A stretch of DNA of 64,000 nt from Hyphomicrobiales bacterium (GCA_031423845.1 JANPGD010000054.1:1058-65057); one strand, 5' to 3'. Counted from the first letter of the stretch, positions 29,864-40,943 are shown. Program-made: numbers and translations. The notes: generated by a model not told the origin, from the letters alone.

Positions 29864-30568
29864 CTATTCCGCTTTGCGGTTTTGTTCAAGCGCTGCGAGA
29901 AGTGAAGTTTCCGTGGCCTCAAGCGCGACGATTTTGGGCCAACTTTGTGGCAGGGAAGCGGCAACGCTGGTGGCGAGGCAAAAATGAGAGATTTTTTTGG
30001 CGATGTCTCCTAATCCGAGACGCATAATTTCATTGTGCCAAATTTTTGCGCTGCGTGGTGAATAGAGTAAAACAGCACTCGCTTTGCTGATTTCGGTTTC
30101 GCGGTTAGATAATTTTGCCGGCACGGCATCATAAGCAATAATCCGGTCTACAGTAAACCCAGCGGACTTCAACCGACCTTCCAGATCACCGGACGTTTCT
30201 GACCCTGAAATATATAGAATGGGGCCAGTAGTCGGATCATAATTTTCCTTCACAAAGACTGTCAGTCCGTCCACATCACCACCATGGGCAGTGGCATCAC
30301 GAAACCCAGCATGAATTGCCGCTTGCCGTGATTGCGGCCCCACAGCCACAAGCGGAACATCTTCCAAACTAGAAATGCTGCTCAGTGACCGTATTCCATT
30401 TGCGCTCGTGAGACATATCGCTTGATAAATGCGATTTGGAATTTCGACATTGGAACGCGGAACGATACTCATCAATGGCATAATCAAAACATGATGGCCC
30501 ATGGCCTCCAGCTTTTTCGCCAGTGGCGCAGCATCTTCTCCGGGCCGTGTGATGATGATGTTCATCAA
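29864..30568 (-). CDS. hemD: Uroporphyrinogen-III synthase
   Basis: ITRP, TSANG, AVG, LYSPRSA. Confidence 0.92.
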   Translation of the reverse strand: MMNIIITRPGEDAAPLAKKLEAMGHHVLIMPLMSIVPRSNVEIPNRIYQAICLTSANGIRSLSSISSLEDVPLVAVGPQSRQAAIHAGFRDATAHGGDVDGLTVFVKENYDPTTGPILYISGSETSGDLEGRLKSAGFTVDRIIAYDAVPAKLSNRETEISKASAVLLYSPRSAKIWHNEIMRLGLGDIAKKISHFCLATSVAASLPQSWPKIVALEATETSLLAALEQNRKAE

Positions 30569-31479
30569 TACGCAATCAGCGGGCCGCCTTTGGCCTTCAC
30601 CTCTTCACCGGCATCGAGGCCCATGGCGGCAGCATCCGCCAATGCGCCGTGACGAGATACCGTGAACACATGTTTGCCATCTAGCGTAAGGGCCTCACCT
30701 TGGAATTTTAAAATTCCATTTTCAATAATCGCATGGCCCGCAATGGGTGTGCGGCACGAACCATCAAGCGCCGCCATAAATGCGCGCTCACACGTAACGG
30801 CGATTGATGAATGCGGATGATTGAGGGGTGCCAGTGTTTTGCGTGTCGCTTCATCACGTGTATTAATTTGAATGCCAATCGCCCCTTGCGCCACCGCAGG
30901 CAACATTTCACTCATCGGCATGATGCAAGTTATTTTATCGGCAAGGCCTAATCGGTTCAGGCCGGCACAAGCCAGAAACGTAGCGTGTGCCACACCGTCT
31001 TGTAACTTCTTAAGTCGTGTATCCACATTGCCGCGAAACGGCGCTGATTTTAAATCAGGCCGCCCCCGCAATGCTTGTGCCGTGCGCCGCACTGAAGATG
31101 AACCCAGAATGGCACCTTGCGGCAAGGCCATCAGATTTGGAGCTGTAAAACTGATAAATGCGTCTCGGGCATCTTCGCGCGGCAACACGGCAGCAATGTC
31201 GAGTCCTTCTGGCATATTGGCGGGCATATCTTTGAGTGAATGCACCGCAAGATCAATAGCCCCTGCAAACAAGGCTTCTTCCAGTTCCTTAGTGAATAGA
31301 CCTTTGCCGCCAATCTCGCTCAAGGGTCGATCACGAATTTGATCACCCGTTGTGGTGAAGGTGATAATCTCAATCTCATCTTCCGAAAGTCCATGCGCCG
31401 CTATAAGCCTTGCACGCGTTTCGCGGGCTTGCACCAGGGCGAGGGGCGAACCTCGGGTTCCAATTCGAATTCTGTTCAT
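30565..31479 (-). CDS. hemC: Hydroxymethylbilane synthase
   Basis: GTRGSPLA, GGKGLFTKE, VHSLKD, RGNVDTRL, DGSCRTP. Confidence 0.97.
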   Translation of the reverse strand: MNRIRIGTRGSPLALVQARETRARLIAAHGLSEDEIEIITFTTTGDQIRDRPLSEIGGKGLFTKELEEALFAGAIDLAVHSLKDMPANMPEGLDIAAVLPREDARDAFISFTAPNLMALPQGAILGSSSVRRTAQALRGRPDLKSAPFRGNVDTRLKKLQDGVAHATFLACAGLNRLGLADKITCIMPMSEMLPAVAQGAIGIQINTRDEATRKTLAPLNHPHSSIAVTCERAFMAALDGSCRTPIAGHAIIENGILKFQGEALTLDGKHVFTVSRHGALADAAAMGLDAGEEVKAKGGPLIAY

Positions 31480-31542
31480 TTGCCAAGTTTAGGGTGTGGA
31501 TGCTAGAGCGGCAAGTCTTGAGATCAAATCAACATTGGACTG

Positions 31543-32637
31543 ATGGCCGCAGCACCCACCCATATCCTTGGAATTGAAACCTCCTGCGATGAAACCGCAG
31601 CGGCCGTGGTGCGCCGCTATGATGGTGGACGTGGCGAATTGCTGAGCAATGTGGTTCTGTCCCAACTCAAAGATCATGCGCCATTTGGCGGTGTGGTGCC
31701 GGAAATTGCGGCCCGGGCTCATGTTACTCATCTCGATCGCTTAGTCGCTCAAGCTGTGCACGAAGCGGGGTTGCTGTTTGATCAATTGGATGCCGTTGCC
31801 GCCACGGCAGGCCCTGGATTGCTTGGTGGATTAATTGTGGGTCTCATCGCAGGCAAAGCGATTTCTATGGCGCACGACATCCCGTTCCTTGCCATCAATC
31901 ATTTAGAAGGCCATGCCTTAACGCCTCGCCTTCTGGCCGAATGCCAGTTTCCGTATTTACTATTACTCATCTCCGGCGGCCACACGCAATTCCAAATGGT
32001 TTCTGGCGTGGGTCAATATCATCGTCTTGGCACCACGATTGATGATGCTTTAGGTGAAGCGTTTGACAAGACTGCTAAGCTTTTGGGCTTGGGTTATCCC
32101 GGAGGCCCGCGCGTGGAAGCCTATGCTAAGCGTGGCAATGCTAAGCGCTTTAATTTCCCGCGCCCGCTGAAAGGCCGCGATGACTGTAATTTTTCTTTTT
32201 CCGGTTTGAAAACGGCAGTGCGCGAAACCGTACGTTCTCTTGGCGAGTTATCCGACTCGGATGTCGCAGATGTTTGTGCCAGTTTTGAGCTTGCAGTGGC
32301 AGAAACTTTGGAAGATCGTTTAAAACATGCTTTCGCAGCGTTTAAATTGGCTCATCCCGATACGATAAATCCGGTTCTGGTTGTTGCGGGTGGTGTCGCT
32401 GCCAATGCACGCTTGCGTCAGGTGTTTGAAACCTGTGCCAGTAAGCATGGCTTTGTTTTGAACGTGCCTCCATTTCATCTGTGTACGGATAATGCTGCCA
32501 TGATCGCTTGGGCAGGGGCTGAACGTTTAGCGCTTGGCCACAGTGACGACATTAATTTTGCGGCCCGCCCGCGCTGGCCACTGGATACCGTTTCAGCTCC
32601 CGTTTATGGTTCGGGCCGATTGGGAGCCAAAGCATGA
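31543..32637 (+). CDS. tsaD: tRNA t6A37 threonylcarbamoyltransferase
   Basis: [33 protein letters not shown]. Confidence 0.97.
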   Translation: MAAAPTHILGIETSCDETAAAVVRRYDGGRGELLSNVVLSQLKDHAPFGGVVPEIAARAHVTHLDRLVAQAVHEAGLLFDQLDAVAATAGPGLLGGLIVGLIAGKAISMAHDIPFLAINHLEGHALTPRLLAECQFPYLLLLISGGHTQFQMVSGVGQYHRLGTTIDDALGEAFDKTAKLLGLGYPGGPRVEAYAKRGNAKRFNFPRPLKGRDDCNFSFSGLKTAVRETVRSLGELSDSDVADVCASFELAVAETLEDRLKHAFAAFKLAHPDTINPVLVVAGGVAANARLRQVFETCASKHGFVLNVPPFHLCTDNAAMIAWAGAERLALGHSDDINFAARPRWPLDTVSAPVYGSGRLGAKA

Positions 32638-33515
32638 AAATAACTGTAATGGGCGATGGTGCGTGGGGCAAAGCTTTAGCATTTGTGTCCACCAAAGCTG
32701 GCCATGATGTGACTATCTGGTCGCGCCGCAAACCAATTCATTCGCATGCCGATGCCAGCATATTGGCCGTGCCAGCCCAAGCCGTGCGTGATGTGGTTCC
32801 GCATGTAAAATCATCCATCATTATTTCTGCGGCCAAAGGCATTGAGCGCGAAACGGGACTGACCATGGCCGAAGTTGTGAAACAGCTTGCGCCAAGTGCC
32901 GAGTTCTATGCTCTGTCTGGACCTAGTTTTTCAGCTGATGTGTTGGCTGGCTTGCCCACCGCTGTAACATTGGCGGGACCAAATTTAGAAAATGCCACTA
33001 GATGGGCCGCCGTACTCATGCTCCCCAGTTTCCGCATCTACGCGTCCGATGATGTAACAGGTGTTGAGATTGGGGGAGCTTTAAAAAATGTGTTGGCCAT
33101 TGCTTGCGGCATAATTGATGGCTGCGGCCTAGGCGAAAGCGCCAGAGCCAGCTTGATCACCCGCGGATTTGCTGAGCTCACACGCTATGGCCAGAAACTT
33201 GGAGCAAGGCCTGAGACTCTGATGGGCCTTTCGGGCTTAGGTGATTTACTGCTCACCAGTTCCAGCGCAAAATCCCGCAATCATGCTTTTGGTTTAGCAA
33301 TCGGGCGCGGCGCAACGGCAGCCGAAGCGATGAAACAATCATCAGGTGTGGTCGAAGGCGCACACACAGCGGCCATTGCCGCCAAGCTTGCCAAACACCA
33401 TGGTGTTGACATGCCAATCATCAATGCCGTTCATGCAATCATTAACGGCGGCTCTAATCCCGCTGAAGAAATTGCCAAATTATTAGCCCGCCCGGTGAGC
33501 GTTGAATTTAAATAG
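32634..33515 (+). CDS. gpsA: NAD(P)H-dependent glycerol-3-phosphate dehydrogenase
   Basis: GDGAWG, KGIE, SGPSF, GGALKNV, GLGDL, SRN, VEG. Confidence 0.92.
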   Translation: MKITVMGDGAWGKALAFVSTKAGHDVTIWSRRKPIHSHADASILAVPAQAVRDVVPHVKSSIIISAAKGIERETGLTMAEVVKQLAPSAEFYALSGPSFSADVLAGLPTAVTLAGPNLENATRWAAVLMLPSFRIYASDDVTGVEIGGALKNVLAIACGIIDGCGLGESARASLITRGFAELTRYGQKLGARPETLMGLSGLGDLLLTSSSAKSRNHAFGLAIGRGATAAEAMKQSSGVVEGAHTAAIAAKLAKHHGVDMPIINAVHAIINGGSNPAEEIAKLLARPVSVEFK

Positions 33516-33518
33516 GAG

Positions 33519-33815
33519 ATGAATATGCTTTTCGTTTTGCTGTGTACGGATAAACCAAACAGTCTTGATTTGCGCCTGAAAGTGCGGCCCGAGCATCTAG
33601 CCTATCTGGCAAGCCTTCAAGATAAAATGAAAACCGCTGGACCTTTTCTTGATGAAGCTGGAAACCCCTGTGGCAGCATGGTTATTATTGAAGCCGCAAA
33701 TCGCGCTGAGGCGGAAGCCATGGCTGCGAAAGACCCCTATGCCATTGCCGGATTGTTTTCATCAGTTGAAATTAAACCGTGGAAATGGGCTTTGAAAAAT
33801 CCGGAGGCAATATAA
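33519..33815 (+). CDS. YciI family protein
   Basis: R...RPEHLAYL, AGP, GS, DPY..AGLF. Confidence 0.9.
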   Translation: MNMLFVLLCTDKPNSLDLRLKVRPEHLAYLASLQDKMKTAGPFLDEAGNPCGSMVIIEAANRAEAEAMAAKDPYAIAGLFSSVEIKPWKWALKNPEAI

Positions 33816-34249
33816 TGGCCTACTGGCTTTTCAAATCGGAGCCCGATGTTTTTTCATTTGAGCAGCTTTTGAAAAAAGGTGCTGCAGGCGAAGAGTGGAC
33901 TGGCATTCGCAATTATCAAGCGCGCAACAATATGCGTTTGATGAAGTTGGGTGACAAAGGATTTTTCTATCACTCCAACATTGGTAAAGCCGTGGTGGGG
34001 GTGGTCGAAGTTTGCAAACTCGTCCATCCGGATTCGACAGCAGAGAAGCCTGCTTGGGAATGTGTAGATATTCGTGGCCTCGTGCACATGCCGCGTGGAA
34101 TAACTTTGGACGAAATCAAATTGGATTCTCGTTTAACAGAAATGGTTTTGGTCAAGAACTCAAGACTTTCAGTGCAGCCCGTCTTGCCCGAAGAGTGGAA
34201 GATGATTTGTGATTTAGGGGGTCTTAAACTCCCACCAAAGCTGTCGTGA
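33815..34249 (+). CDS. EVE domain protein
   Basis: YWLFKSEP, WTGIRNYQARN, FFYHS, SRLSVQPV. Confidence 0.93.
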   Translation: MAYWLFKSEPDVFSFEQLLKKGAAGEEWTGIRNYQARNNMRLMKLGDKGFFYHSNIGKAVVGVVEVCKLVHPDSTAEKPAWECVDIRGLVHMPRGITLDEIKLDSRLTEMVLVKNSRLSVQPVLPEEWKMICDLGGLKLPPKLS

Positions 34250-34881
34250 ATCACGCGAGCTTCATTCGAAAAAACACCAGTATTCTATCGCCCCCTTTGG
34301 TGCCGGAAGTGAAATTACATCTTGCCTATGAAGCCTTGCCCATTTGGCAAAAGACTGAGGAACAGTTGGGTGAAATCGGATTGCCGCCACCGTTCTGGGC
34401 TTTCGCTTGGGCAGGTGGCCAAGCTTTGGCGCGCTATATTTTAGATAATCCAGAAATCGTGCGCGGCAAGCGCGTTATTGATATTGCGTCAGGTTCAGGC
34501 CTTGTTGCTATTGCGGCCATGAAGGCGGGCGCCAATTCCGTGTTGGCGGCTGATATTGATAATTTCTCAGTGGCGGCCATTGAATTGAATGCTGCGCTCA
34601 ACAAAGTTCATTTGAATATTACAGCCGAGGACCTTCTCTCTAACACAACGCCTGACGTCGACGTTATATTGGTCGGTGATTTATTTTATGAGAAGGGTGT
34701 AGCCGAGCGCTGCCTTGCTTGGTTGCACCAAGCGCAAAATGTCGAAATCCTCATTGGCGATCCCGGCCGCAGTTATTTACCAAAATCAGCGCTCACGAAA
34801 ATTGCGGAATATTCGGTGCCAGTCTCGCGTGATTTAGAAGATTCAGAAATCAAACAGACCTCAGTTTGGAAATTAATTTAA
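34246..34881 (+). CDS. Class I SAM-dependent methyltransferase (METTL20/PrmA-like)
   Basis: PPPFWAFAWAGGQALAR, DIASGSG, GDLFY, GDPGR.YLP. Confidence 0.87.
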   Translation: MNHASFIRKNTSILSPPLVPEVKLHLAYEALPIWQKTEEQLGEIGLPPPFWAFAWAGGQALARYILDNPEIVRGKRVIDIASGSGLVAIAAMKAGANSVLAADIDNFSVAAIELNAALNKVHLNITAEDLLSNTTPDVDVILVGDLFYEKGVAERCLAWLHQAQNVEILIGDPGRSYLPKSALTKIAEYSVPVSRDLEDSEIKQTSVWKLI

Positions 34882-35792
34882 AGCGGGTGCGATTCTGGGT
34901 TCACTGCCGCAATCGCTTTGTCATCATGGCCAGTGTTGTTAAAATAAAGCGCCACCATCAAAACCGCGAGCGACAACCACAACCAAATATCGGTGCCACC
35001 ACCAAAGAATATTGCTCCGATCATCACAGCAGCTGGCGTTGAAACGTAAGTGGCTTGCACGGTGTAAACCGCACCTTTTTGTGTGATGAGCGTGAAATAA
35101 ACAACGCGCTCCACCACCCACATCAAAGTGACTGCAATGAGTACCCAATGATTGAAAAGGCTGGGGCTGGTTGCACCAATTGGCTCATAGAAATAGATAA
35201 ACGGCAAAACGGTGATGCCTGACCACAGGCTTTCAAAGGCTCCCGCTTGAATTGTATCGGCGCCAACTGGCCAAGCACGTGCCGCAAATGTGTTATAGGC
35301 ACAATACAATATGGGAATTGAAATCGAAGCAATCAGCGGCCAAGAAATAGAACCGGACAAAGTGCCTTGACGCGACAGAATGAGAATGAGGGTTGAGACA
35401 AAACCAAAAGCAATAGCAAGCAATTTGCGGGGGCTGGAATTTTCATGGCGTGTCACCAAAGCCAGCACATAATTGAAAAACGGCGACATGGTGATGATGA
35501 TAGCAAGTTCAGTCGGCGGCACAAACCCTGCCAAATAGAGATTGAGGCCAAATGGAATATTCATCAGCAGCGCACAGCCAAAGCCATAATAGACCAGTCG
35601 CCTATCAAAATTGCGAAATCCTGTGCGATAACAAGCCATGCAAAACATAATCAAGCCCACACCTATGCCTGTATAGAATATGGTGTGGGTGACAGGCATG
35701 TGAATGCTGCTGAGGTGCTTGTAAACACTGGGAGACACCCCCCAAAACAAACCGAGCAGCATAAAATATAAAAAATGGTTGGGTGTTTTCAT
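34878..35792 (-). CDS. DMT/EamA-family transporter
   Basis: About 10 hydrophobic segments in 304 aa with an EamA-like repeat organisation. Confidence 0.75.
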   Translation of the reverse strand: MKTPNHFLYFMLLGLFWGVSPSVYKHLSSIHMPVTHTIFYTGIGVGLIMFCMACYRTGFRNFDRRLVYYGFGCALLMNIPFGLNLYLAGFVPPTELAIIITMSPFFNYVLALVTRHENSSPRKLLAIAFGFVSTLILILSRQGTLSGSISWPLIASISIPILYCAYNTFAARAWPVGADTIQAGAFESLWSGITVLPFIYFYEPIGATSPSLFNHWVLIAVTLMWVVERVVYFTLITQKGAVYTVQATYVSTPAAVMIGAIFFGGGTDIWLWLSLAVLMVALYFNNTGHDDKAIAAVNPESHPL

Positions 35793-35810
35793 GGGGGCTT
35801 TTTAAAAAAC

Positions 35811-35836
35811 TGATTTGCAAGCTATAGTGCAAATCA
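35811..35836. promoter_or_regulatory. Operator-like palindrome between the DMT gene and acs
   Basis: TGATTTGCA-N8-TGCAAATCA, perfect 9-bp arms. Confidence 0.6.
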
Positions 35837-35861
35837 AAGTATCTCGGGAGATGAATACGCC

Positions 35862-37805
35862 ATGTCAGATAAGATCTACGCCGTGCCAGCCGCTTGGAAA
35901 AAGAAGGCGTATTTTGATGAAACATCTTATCAAAAGGCTTATGTCGAGTCGGTCAAAAATCCTGAGAAGTTTTGGGGCAAGCAGGCTAAGCGCTTGGATT
36001 GGATCAAAGCACCAAAGAAAATCAAGAACACCAGCTTTGCTTATCCAGACGTTTCAATCAAATGGTACGAAGATGGTGTACTGAACGTTTCTGCGAATTG
36101 CATTGATCGCCACCTGAAGAAGCGCGGTAATCAAACCGCCATCATCTGGGAAGGCGACAATCCTTATGATGACAAAAAAATAACGTATCGTGAACTTTAC
36201 GAACACGTGTGCCGCCTTGCCAACGTGATGAAAAAACATGGCGTGAAAAAAGGTGATCGCGTTACGATTTATATGCCGATGATCCCTGAAGCGGGTTATG
36301 CCATGTTAGCTTGTGCACGCATTGGGGCCGTGCATTCAGTGGTGTTCGGCGGTTTTTCGCCTGAGTCACTGGCGGGACGCATTGATGATTGTGATTCTAA
36401 ATTTGTGATCACGGCTGACGAGGGTTTGCGCGGCGGAAAGAAAATTCCACTGAAAGCCAATACCGATGCGGCACTGGCCAAAACCAAGGGGAAAGCAAAA
36501 GTTTTGGTGGTGCGCCGCACAGGGGCTACCGTGGCCTTCGATCCTGCGCGTGATCTCTGGTATCACGACGAAGTGCAAAAAGTCTCGGCTGAATGCAAAC
36601 CGGAAAAAATGAAAGCGGAAGACCCGCTGTTCATTTTATACACCTCAGGCTCAACCGGAAAACCTAAAGGCGTGTTGCACACAACAGGCGGCTATCTGGT
36701 TTATGCGTCGATGACTCACCAATATGTGTTCGATTACCATGATGGCGATGTTTACTGGTGCACGGCGGATGTGGGCTGGGTGACCGGACATAGTTATATT
36801 CTCTATGGCCCGCTGGCCAATGGCGCCACCACGCTGATGTTTGAAGGTGTGCCCAATTACCCGAACACGTCGCGCTTCTGGGAGGTGATCGACAAGCATC
36901 AGGTCAATATTTTTTACACAGCGCCAACTGCTTTGCGGGCCCTCATGCAACAGGGCGATGAGCCTGTGAAAAGAACGTCGCGCAAATCTTTGCGGCTTTT
37001 GGGTTCGGTGGGAGAGCCGATTAATCCTGAGGCGTGGGAATGGTATCACCGCGTGGTGGGCGAAGGGCGTTGCCCCATTGTTGACACATGGTGGCAAACG
37101 GAAACAGGTGGCATTCTCATTTCACCATTGCCGGGGGCAACTAAACTAAAACCGGGTTCGGCCACCAAACCGTTCTTTGGCTGCCAGCCTGCTTTGGTTG
37201 ATGAGAAGGGCGCTTTCCTCGAAGGGGCTGCTTCCGGCAATCTGGTCATTCTGGATTCTTGGCCGGGCCAAATGCGTACACTTTATGACGATCATAAACG
37301 TTTTGTTGAAGCTTATTTCTCCACCTATAAAGGCATGTATTTCACAGGCGATGGTTGTCGCCGTGATGAAGATGGATATTACTGGATTACCGGCCGCGTG
37401 GATGATGTGATCAACGTCTCTGGCCACCGTTTGGGAACTGCTGAAGTTGAATCGGCTTTGGTTTCCCATAGCAAAGTATCTGAAGCTGCTGTTGTGGGTT
37501 ACCCGCATGACATCAAAGGCCAAGGCATTTATTGCTATGTGACTTTGATGGCTGGTGAGCAGGGCGATGATGCTTTACGCAAAGGCTTGATCGATCATGT
37601 TCGCAAGGAAATTGGACCACTGGCGACACCCGATAAAATCCAATTCGCCCCCGGCTTGCCCAAAACCCGTTCTGGCAAGATTATGCGCCGCATTTTGCGC
37701 AAAATTGCTGAGGATGATTTTGGAGCGCTGGGTGATACTTCCACCCTCGCTGATCCAGCAGTGGTGGATGATTTAGTTGTAAATCGTCAAAATAAAAGAT
37801 CTTGA
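35862..37805 (+). CDS. acs: Acetyl-CoA synthetase
   Basis: [37 protein letters not shown]. Confidence 0.98.
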   Translation: MSDKIYAVPAAWKKKAYFDETSYQKAYVESVKNPEKFWGKQAKRLDWIKAPKKIKNTSFAYPDVSIKWYEDGVLNVSANCIDRHLKKRGNQTAIIWEGDNPYDDKKITYRELYEHVCRLANVMKKHGVKKGDRVTIYMPMIPEAGYAMLACARIGAVHSVVFGGFSPESLAGRIDDCDSKFVITADEGLRGGKKIPLKANTDAALAKTKGKAKVLVVRRTGATVAFDPARDLWYHDEVQKVSAECKPEKMKAEDPLFILYTSGSTGKPKGVLHTTGGYLVYASMTHQYVFDYHDGDVYWCTADVGWVTGHSYILYGPLANGATTLMFEGVPNYPNTSRFWEVIDKHQVNIFYTAPTALRALMQQGDEPVKRTSRKSLRLLGSVGEPINPEAWEWYHRVVGEGRCPIVDTWWQTETGGILISPLPGATKLKPGSATKPFFGCQPALVDEKGAFLEGAASGNLVILDSWPGQMRTLYDDHKRFVEAYFSTYKGMYFTGDGCRRDEDGYYWITGRVDDVINVSGHRLGTAEVESALVSHSKVSEAAVVGYPHDIKGQGIYCYVTLMAGEQGDDALRKGLIDHVRKEIGPLATPDKIQFAPGLPKTRSGKIMRRILRKIAEDDFGALGDTSTLADPAVVDDLVVNRQNKRS

Positions 37806-37828
37806 ACTATAGGAATTTATAACTATAT
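37801..37828 (+). promoter_or_regulatory. Candidate promoter for the lemA operon (RpoH- or sigma70-like)
   Basis: CTTGAA-N16-CTATAT. Confidence 0.4.
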
Positions 37829-37862
37829 ACGCCCATGAGTGGTTTAGAAATAGGAGTTTCTA

Positions 37863-38462
37863 ATGCGGTTTTTAAACTTTGTACTTCTCGTCGTCGTGGC
37901 CGGTTTTTTGGCAGGTTGTGGCATTAACAATGTGCCCACTTATCAGGAGGCCATGAAGGCCAAGTGGAGCGATGTGCAAAACCAATATCAGCGCCGTGCG
38001 GATTTGATTCCGAATTTGGTGGAAACGGTGAAGGGCTATGCCGCGCAAGAAAAAGATGTGCTTACTGCAGTGGTTGAAGCGCGCGCCAAAGCCACACAAA
38101 TGACTTTGCCTGCAGATATTGTGAACAACCCCGAAGCGTTCAAGAAATTCCAAGATGCGCAAGGTCAACTTTCGCAAGCGTTAGGAAAGTTACTTTCGAT
38201 CACCGAAGCTTATCCTGATTTGAAATCGAACCAAAATTTCTTGGCTTTGCAATCACAATTGGAAGGGACAGAAAACCGCATCACGGTTTCGCGTAAAGAC
38301 TATATCGAAGCCGTGCAGGTCTATAACACTGAGCTTCGTACTATTCCGGGTCGGTGGTGGGCATCTTGGTTCTATCCAGATGCTAAGCCAGCGGAAACCT
38401 TTGCTGCTGATCCAAGTGCAGCGACCCCACCCAAAGTGGACTTCAATAAGCCAAAAGTCTGA
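37863..38462 (+). CDS. lemA: LemA family lipoprotein
   Basis: LAGC lipobox, YQRRADLIPNLV, YPDLK, LEGTENRI. Confidence 0.94.
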   Translation: MRFLNFVLLVVVAGFLAGCGINNVPTYQEAMKAKWSDVQNQYQRRADLIPNLVETVKGYAAQEKDVLTAVVEARAKATQMTLPADIVNNPEAFKKFQDAQGQLSQALGKLLSITEAYPDLKSNQNFLALQSQLEGTENRITVSRKDYIEAVQVYNTELRTIPGRWWASWFYPDAKPAETFAADPSAATPPKVDFNKPKV

Positions 38463-39199
38463 TGCTCAAATTGCGGGCCATGTTCGTAATCGTCGTGGTA
38501 TTTTTTGCCGCGACGTTTGCATGGGCTGATCCACAATTTCCTGCTCTCACCGCACCCATAGTTGATGCTGCCAATGTCTTGGATACGGACGCCAAAACCA
38601 TCATCGAAAATCGCTTGCGTGATTATGAAACCTCAAGCCACCATCAAGTGGCCGTGGCCACAGTGCCATCGCTTGAAGGCTATGATATTCGCGACTATGG
38701 AAACCGCCTTTTTCGTTTCTGGGCCTTGGGCGACAAGCAACGCAATGATGGTGTGCTGATTTTAGTGGCACCTACCGAACACAAAGTGTCTATCGAAGTG
38801 GGCTATGGTTTGGAGGGTGATCTCACTGATGCCATGTCACGCATGATCATCGAAAATGCCATGGTGCCGCGCTTTAAGGCTGGCGACTATGTTGGCGGCA
38901 TTCATGCTGGTCTTGACGATATTGAAAAAGTTGTCGGCGGCCAGGGCAGTCAAGTGGTGGAGAGAGTCCAAAACCAATCCGCGGATAGCAGTGGCGATAT
39001 TTTACCTTTCGTCATCTTTTTTATTATCGTCGTTTTTATTCTCATCAACGCTTCACGCGGCCGCCGCATGATTATTATACCGGGTGGTTTGAGCAGCGGT
39101 GGTTTTGGCGGTGGAGGCGGTGGTGGTTTTTCGGGTGGCGGTGGTTGGTCGGGCGGTGGCGGAAGCTCCGGCGGCGGTGGCGCGTCGGGTGGGTGGTAA
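38462..39199 (+). CDS. TPM domain protein (YgcG-like) with Gly-rich tail
   Basis: VDAANVL, IEVGYGLEG, GGGGSSGGGGASGGW. Confidence 0.92.
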   Translation: MLKLRAMFVIVVVFFAATFAWADPQFPALTAPIVDAANVLDTDAKTIIENRLRDYETSSHHQVAVATVPSLEGYDIRDYGNRLFRFWALGDKQRNDGVLILVAPTEHKVSIEVGYGLEGDLTDAMSRMIIENAMVPRFKAGDYVGGIHAGLDDIEKVVGGQGSQVVERVQNQSADSSGDILPFVIFFIIVVFILINASRGRRMIIIPGGLSSGGFGGGGGGGFSGGGGWSGGGGSSGGGGASGGW

Positions 39200-39202
39200 A
39201 AT

Positions 39203-39841
39203 ATGAAGCATGATTTTGCCCACGCAGATCGCCAAAAGGTGACCCTCGCAATCAAGAAGGCTGAACTTCTCACCAGGGGTGAGATTGTGGTGATCGCCGC
39301 ACGCCAAAGTGATGATTATGTTCATGTTCCAATTCATATTGCAGCCGGTGTTGCCCTCGCCATACCGTTCATATTGCCGCTTTTGTCCAGGTTTTTCCCG
39401 TGGGCTGCCGTGTCGTTGTTCTGGGTATTTATGACGCAGCTATTGGCGTTTATTGTTGTAGCACTTATCCTCAGTTTGCCGCAGCTGCGCTATTGGGTGA
39501 CACCAAAAAAACTCATGCGAAAATATGCACACCGCAATGCTGCCACGCAATTCCTCGCAGTCAACACCCACGGCACCGGCGGGCGTACTGGCGTTTTGAT
39601 TTTTGTTTCACTGCTCGAACGCTATTGCGAAATTATTGGTGACACAGCAATTGCCAACAAAGTGAACCATCAAACTTGGCAAAATATCATCGATGAAATG
39701 CTGCCCCATCTTCGTTCCGGCGATCTCACTGAAGGCTTGGTTCAAGCGATTGGCCGATGTGGCCATGAGCTGACGAAGCACTTTCCGCCCGGTGCCGCCA
39801 ATCCCAATGAATTGCCTGACCATTTTATTGTTCTTAATTGA
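39203..39841 (+). CDS. TPM domain membrane protein
   Basis: AE..TRGEIV, RTGVLIFVS, NELPD. Confidence 0.88.
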   Translation: MKHDFAHADRQKVTLAIKKAELLTRGEIVVIAARQSDDYVHVPIHIAAGVALAIPFILPLLSRFFPWAAVSLFWVFMTQLLAFIVVALILSLPQLRYWVTPKKLMRKYAHRNAATQFLAVNTHGTGGRTGVLIFVSLLERYCEIIGDTAIANKVNHQTWQNIIDEMLPHLRSGDLTEGLVQAIGRCGHELTKHFPPGAANPNELPDHFIVLN

Positions 39842-39882
39842 CGGCTAAACTGCCGCCTTGTAATTTCCCGTCTGGTGTGTTT

Positions 39883-39897
39883 TTAAGAATGCCTTAA
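39883..39897. promoter_or_regulatory. CtrA-box-like site upstream of the L,D-transpeptidase
   Basis: TTAA-GAATGCC-TTAA (TTAA-N7-TTAA). Confidence 0.55.
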
Positions 39898-39923
39898 AAG
39901 TGTTTTGACTGGGGAAAACTGAA

Positions 39924-40565
39924 ATGATTGCGCGTCGCTCTTTCTTACGCTTCTTGGCCACAGGTTTGATTGCTCTGCCGCTGGACGTGCAAGCAGCATC
40001 AATTTTTGGCAAGCATATTCCGAAAAAACTGCTTAAGAAAAATGGTAAATCTGTTGCCAATGTAAAACGCCATGCCAAGCCCACGAAATTCAAGCGACCA
40101 GTCTACCAAGGTTTTACAGTCGTGGATTTCTCATCGCCTGAAAAGCCCGGCACTCTTATTATCAAAACCAATGAACGGGCCCTTTACCAAATTCTTCGCG
40201 ATGGCAAAGCCAACCGCTATTTAGTCGCCGTGGGCAAAGAAGGTTTCTCATGGGCGGGTGTTGCAAAAGTGGGAATGAAGCGCGAAAATCCTGTATGGAC
40301 GCCACCGCCCGAAATGATCGAACGCACTCCGAAATACGCGCAATGGGCCAATGGCATGCCGGGTGGTCTGGCAATTAATCCTCTCGGTCCGCGCGCTATG
40401 TATCTCTACAACAAAGCGGGCGACACGGGCTTCCGCATTCATGGAACCATTCACCCAGAATCGATCGGCACCGCTGCTTCATCGGGCTGTATTCGAATGC
40501 TGAACCGCGAAGTGATTCAGCTTTTCGATCAAACCCGCATTGGCACCAAAGTGATTGTGATTTGA
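39924..40565 (+). CDS. L,D-transpeptidase with Tat-like signal
   Basis: ARRSFL, NPLGPRA, RIHGT...SSGCIRM. Confidence 0.93.
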   Translation: MIARRSFLRFLATGLIALPLDVQAASIFGKHIPKKLLKKNGKSVANVKRHAKPTKFKRPVYQGFTVVDFSSPEKPGTLIIKTNERALYQILRDGKANRYLVAVGKEGFSWAGVAKVGMKRENPVWTPPPEMIERTPKYAQWANGMPGGLAINPLGPRAMYLYNKAGDTGFRIHGTIHPESIGTAASSGCIRMLNREVIQLFDQTRIGTKVIVI

Positions 40566-40583
40566 GCTGGGTTGATCCACCTA

Positions 40584-40943
40584 TTATGGATGGACAAACT
40601 TGCCCCGCACCCAACCAATTTTATAATTGCCGGAGCCATTTGGCACCTCATGCCAAATCTTGCACCACACATTTGGCTTGGACATTTTCCAATAGCTTGT
40701 TGTGTTGAAAGTAAAAGTCACATTGCTGACGATGTTCTTGCATTTGCCTGTGAGGCTCAACATGTCACCATTGATATAGGTGCGTTGCACTGTTGAGGAG
40801 GTGGAAGGCCAAGCCCGAGCATTCAGTGGATTGGACGCCGGTGCCATGACCACGGTGCCACCAACAAAAGCACTGGCCATGGCAGGAGCAGTAATTAACA
40901 AGCTTATGCCCATGCCGCACATAATTTGAGGAAGTCTCAACAT
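40584..40943 (-). CDS. Secreted SH3b-like protein
   Basis: Signal peptide; LNAR..P...G.C...WC.I...GWV...F pattern. Confidence 0.6.
   Translation of the reverse strand: MLRLPQIMCGMGISLLITAPAMASAFVGGTVVMAPASNPLNARAWPSTSSTVQRTYINGDMLSLTGKCKNIVSNVTFTFNTTSYWKMSKPNVWCKIWHEVPNGSGNYKIGWVRGKFVHP

Noticed and set aside
39085-39199. GGT/GGC-rich low-complexity repeat
   Set aside because: It is the normal Gly-rich C-terminus of YgcG/TPM proteins.
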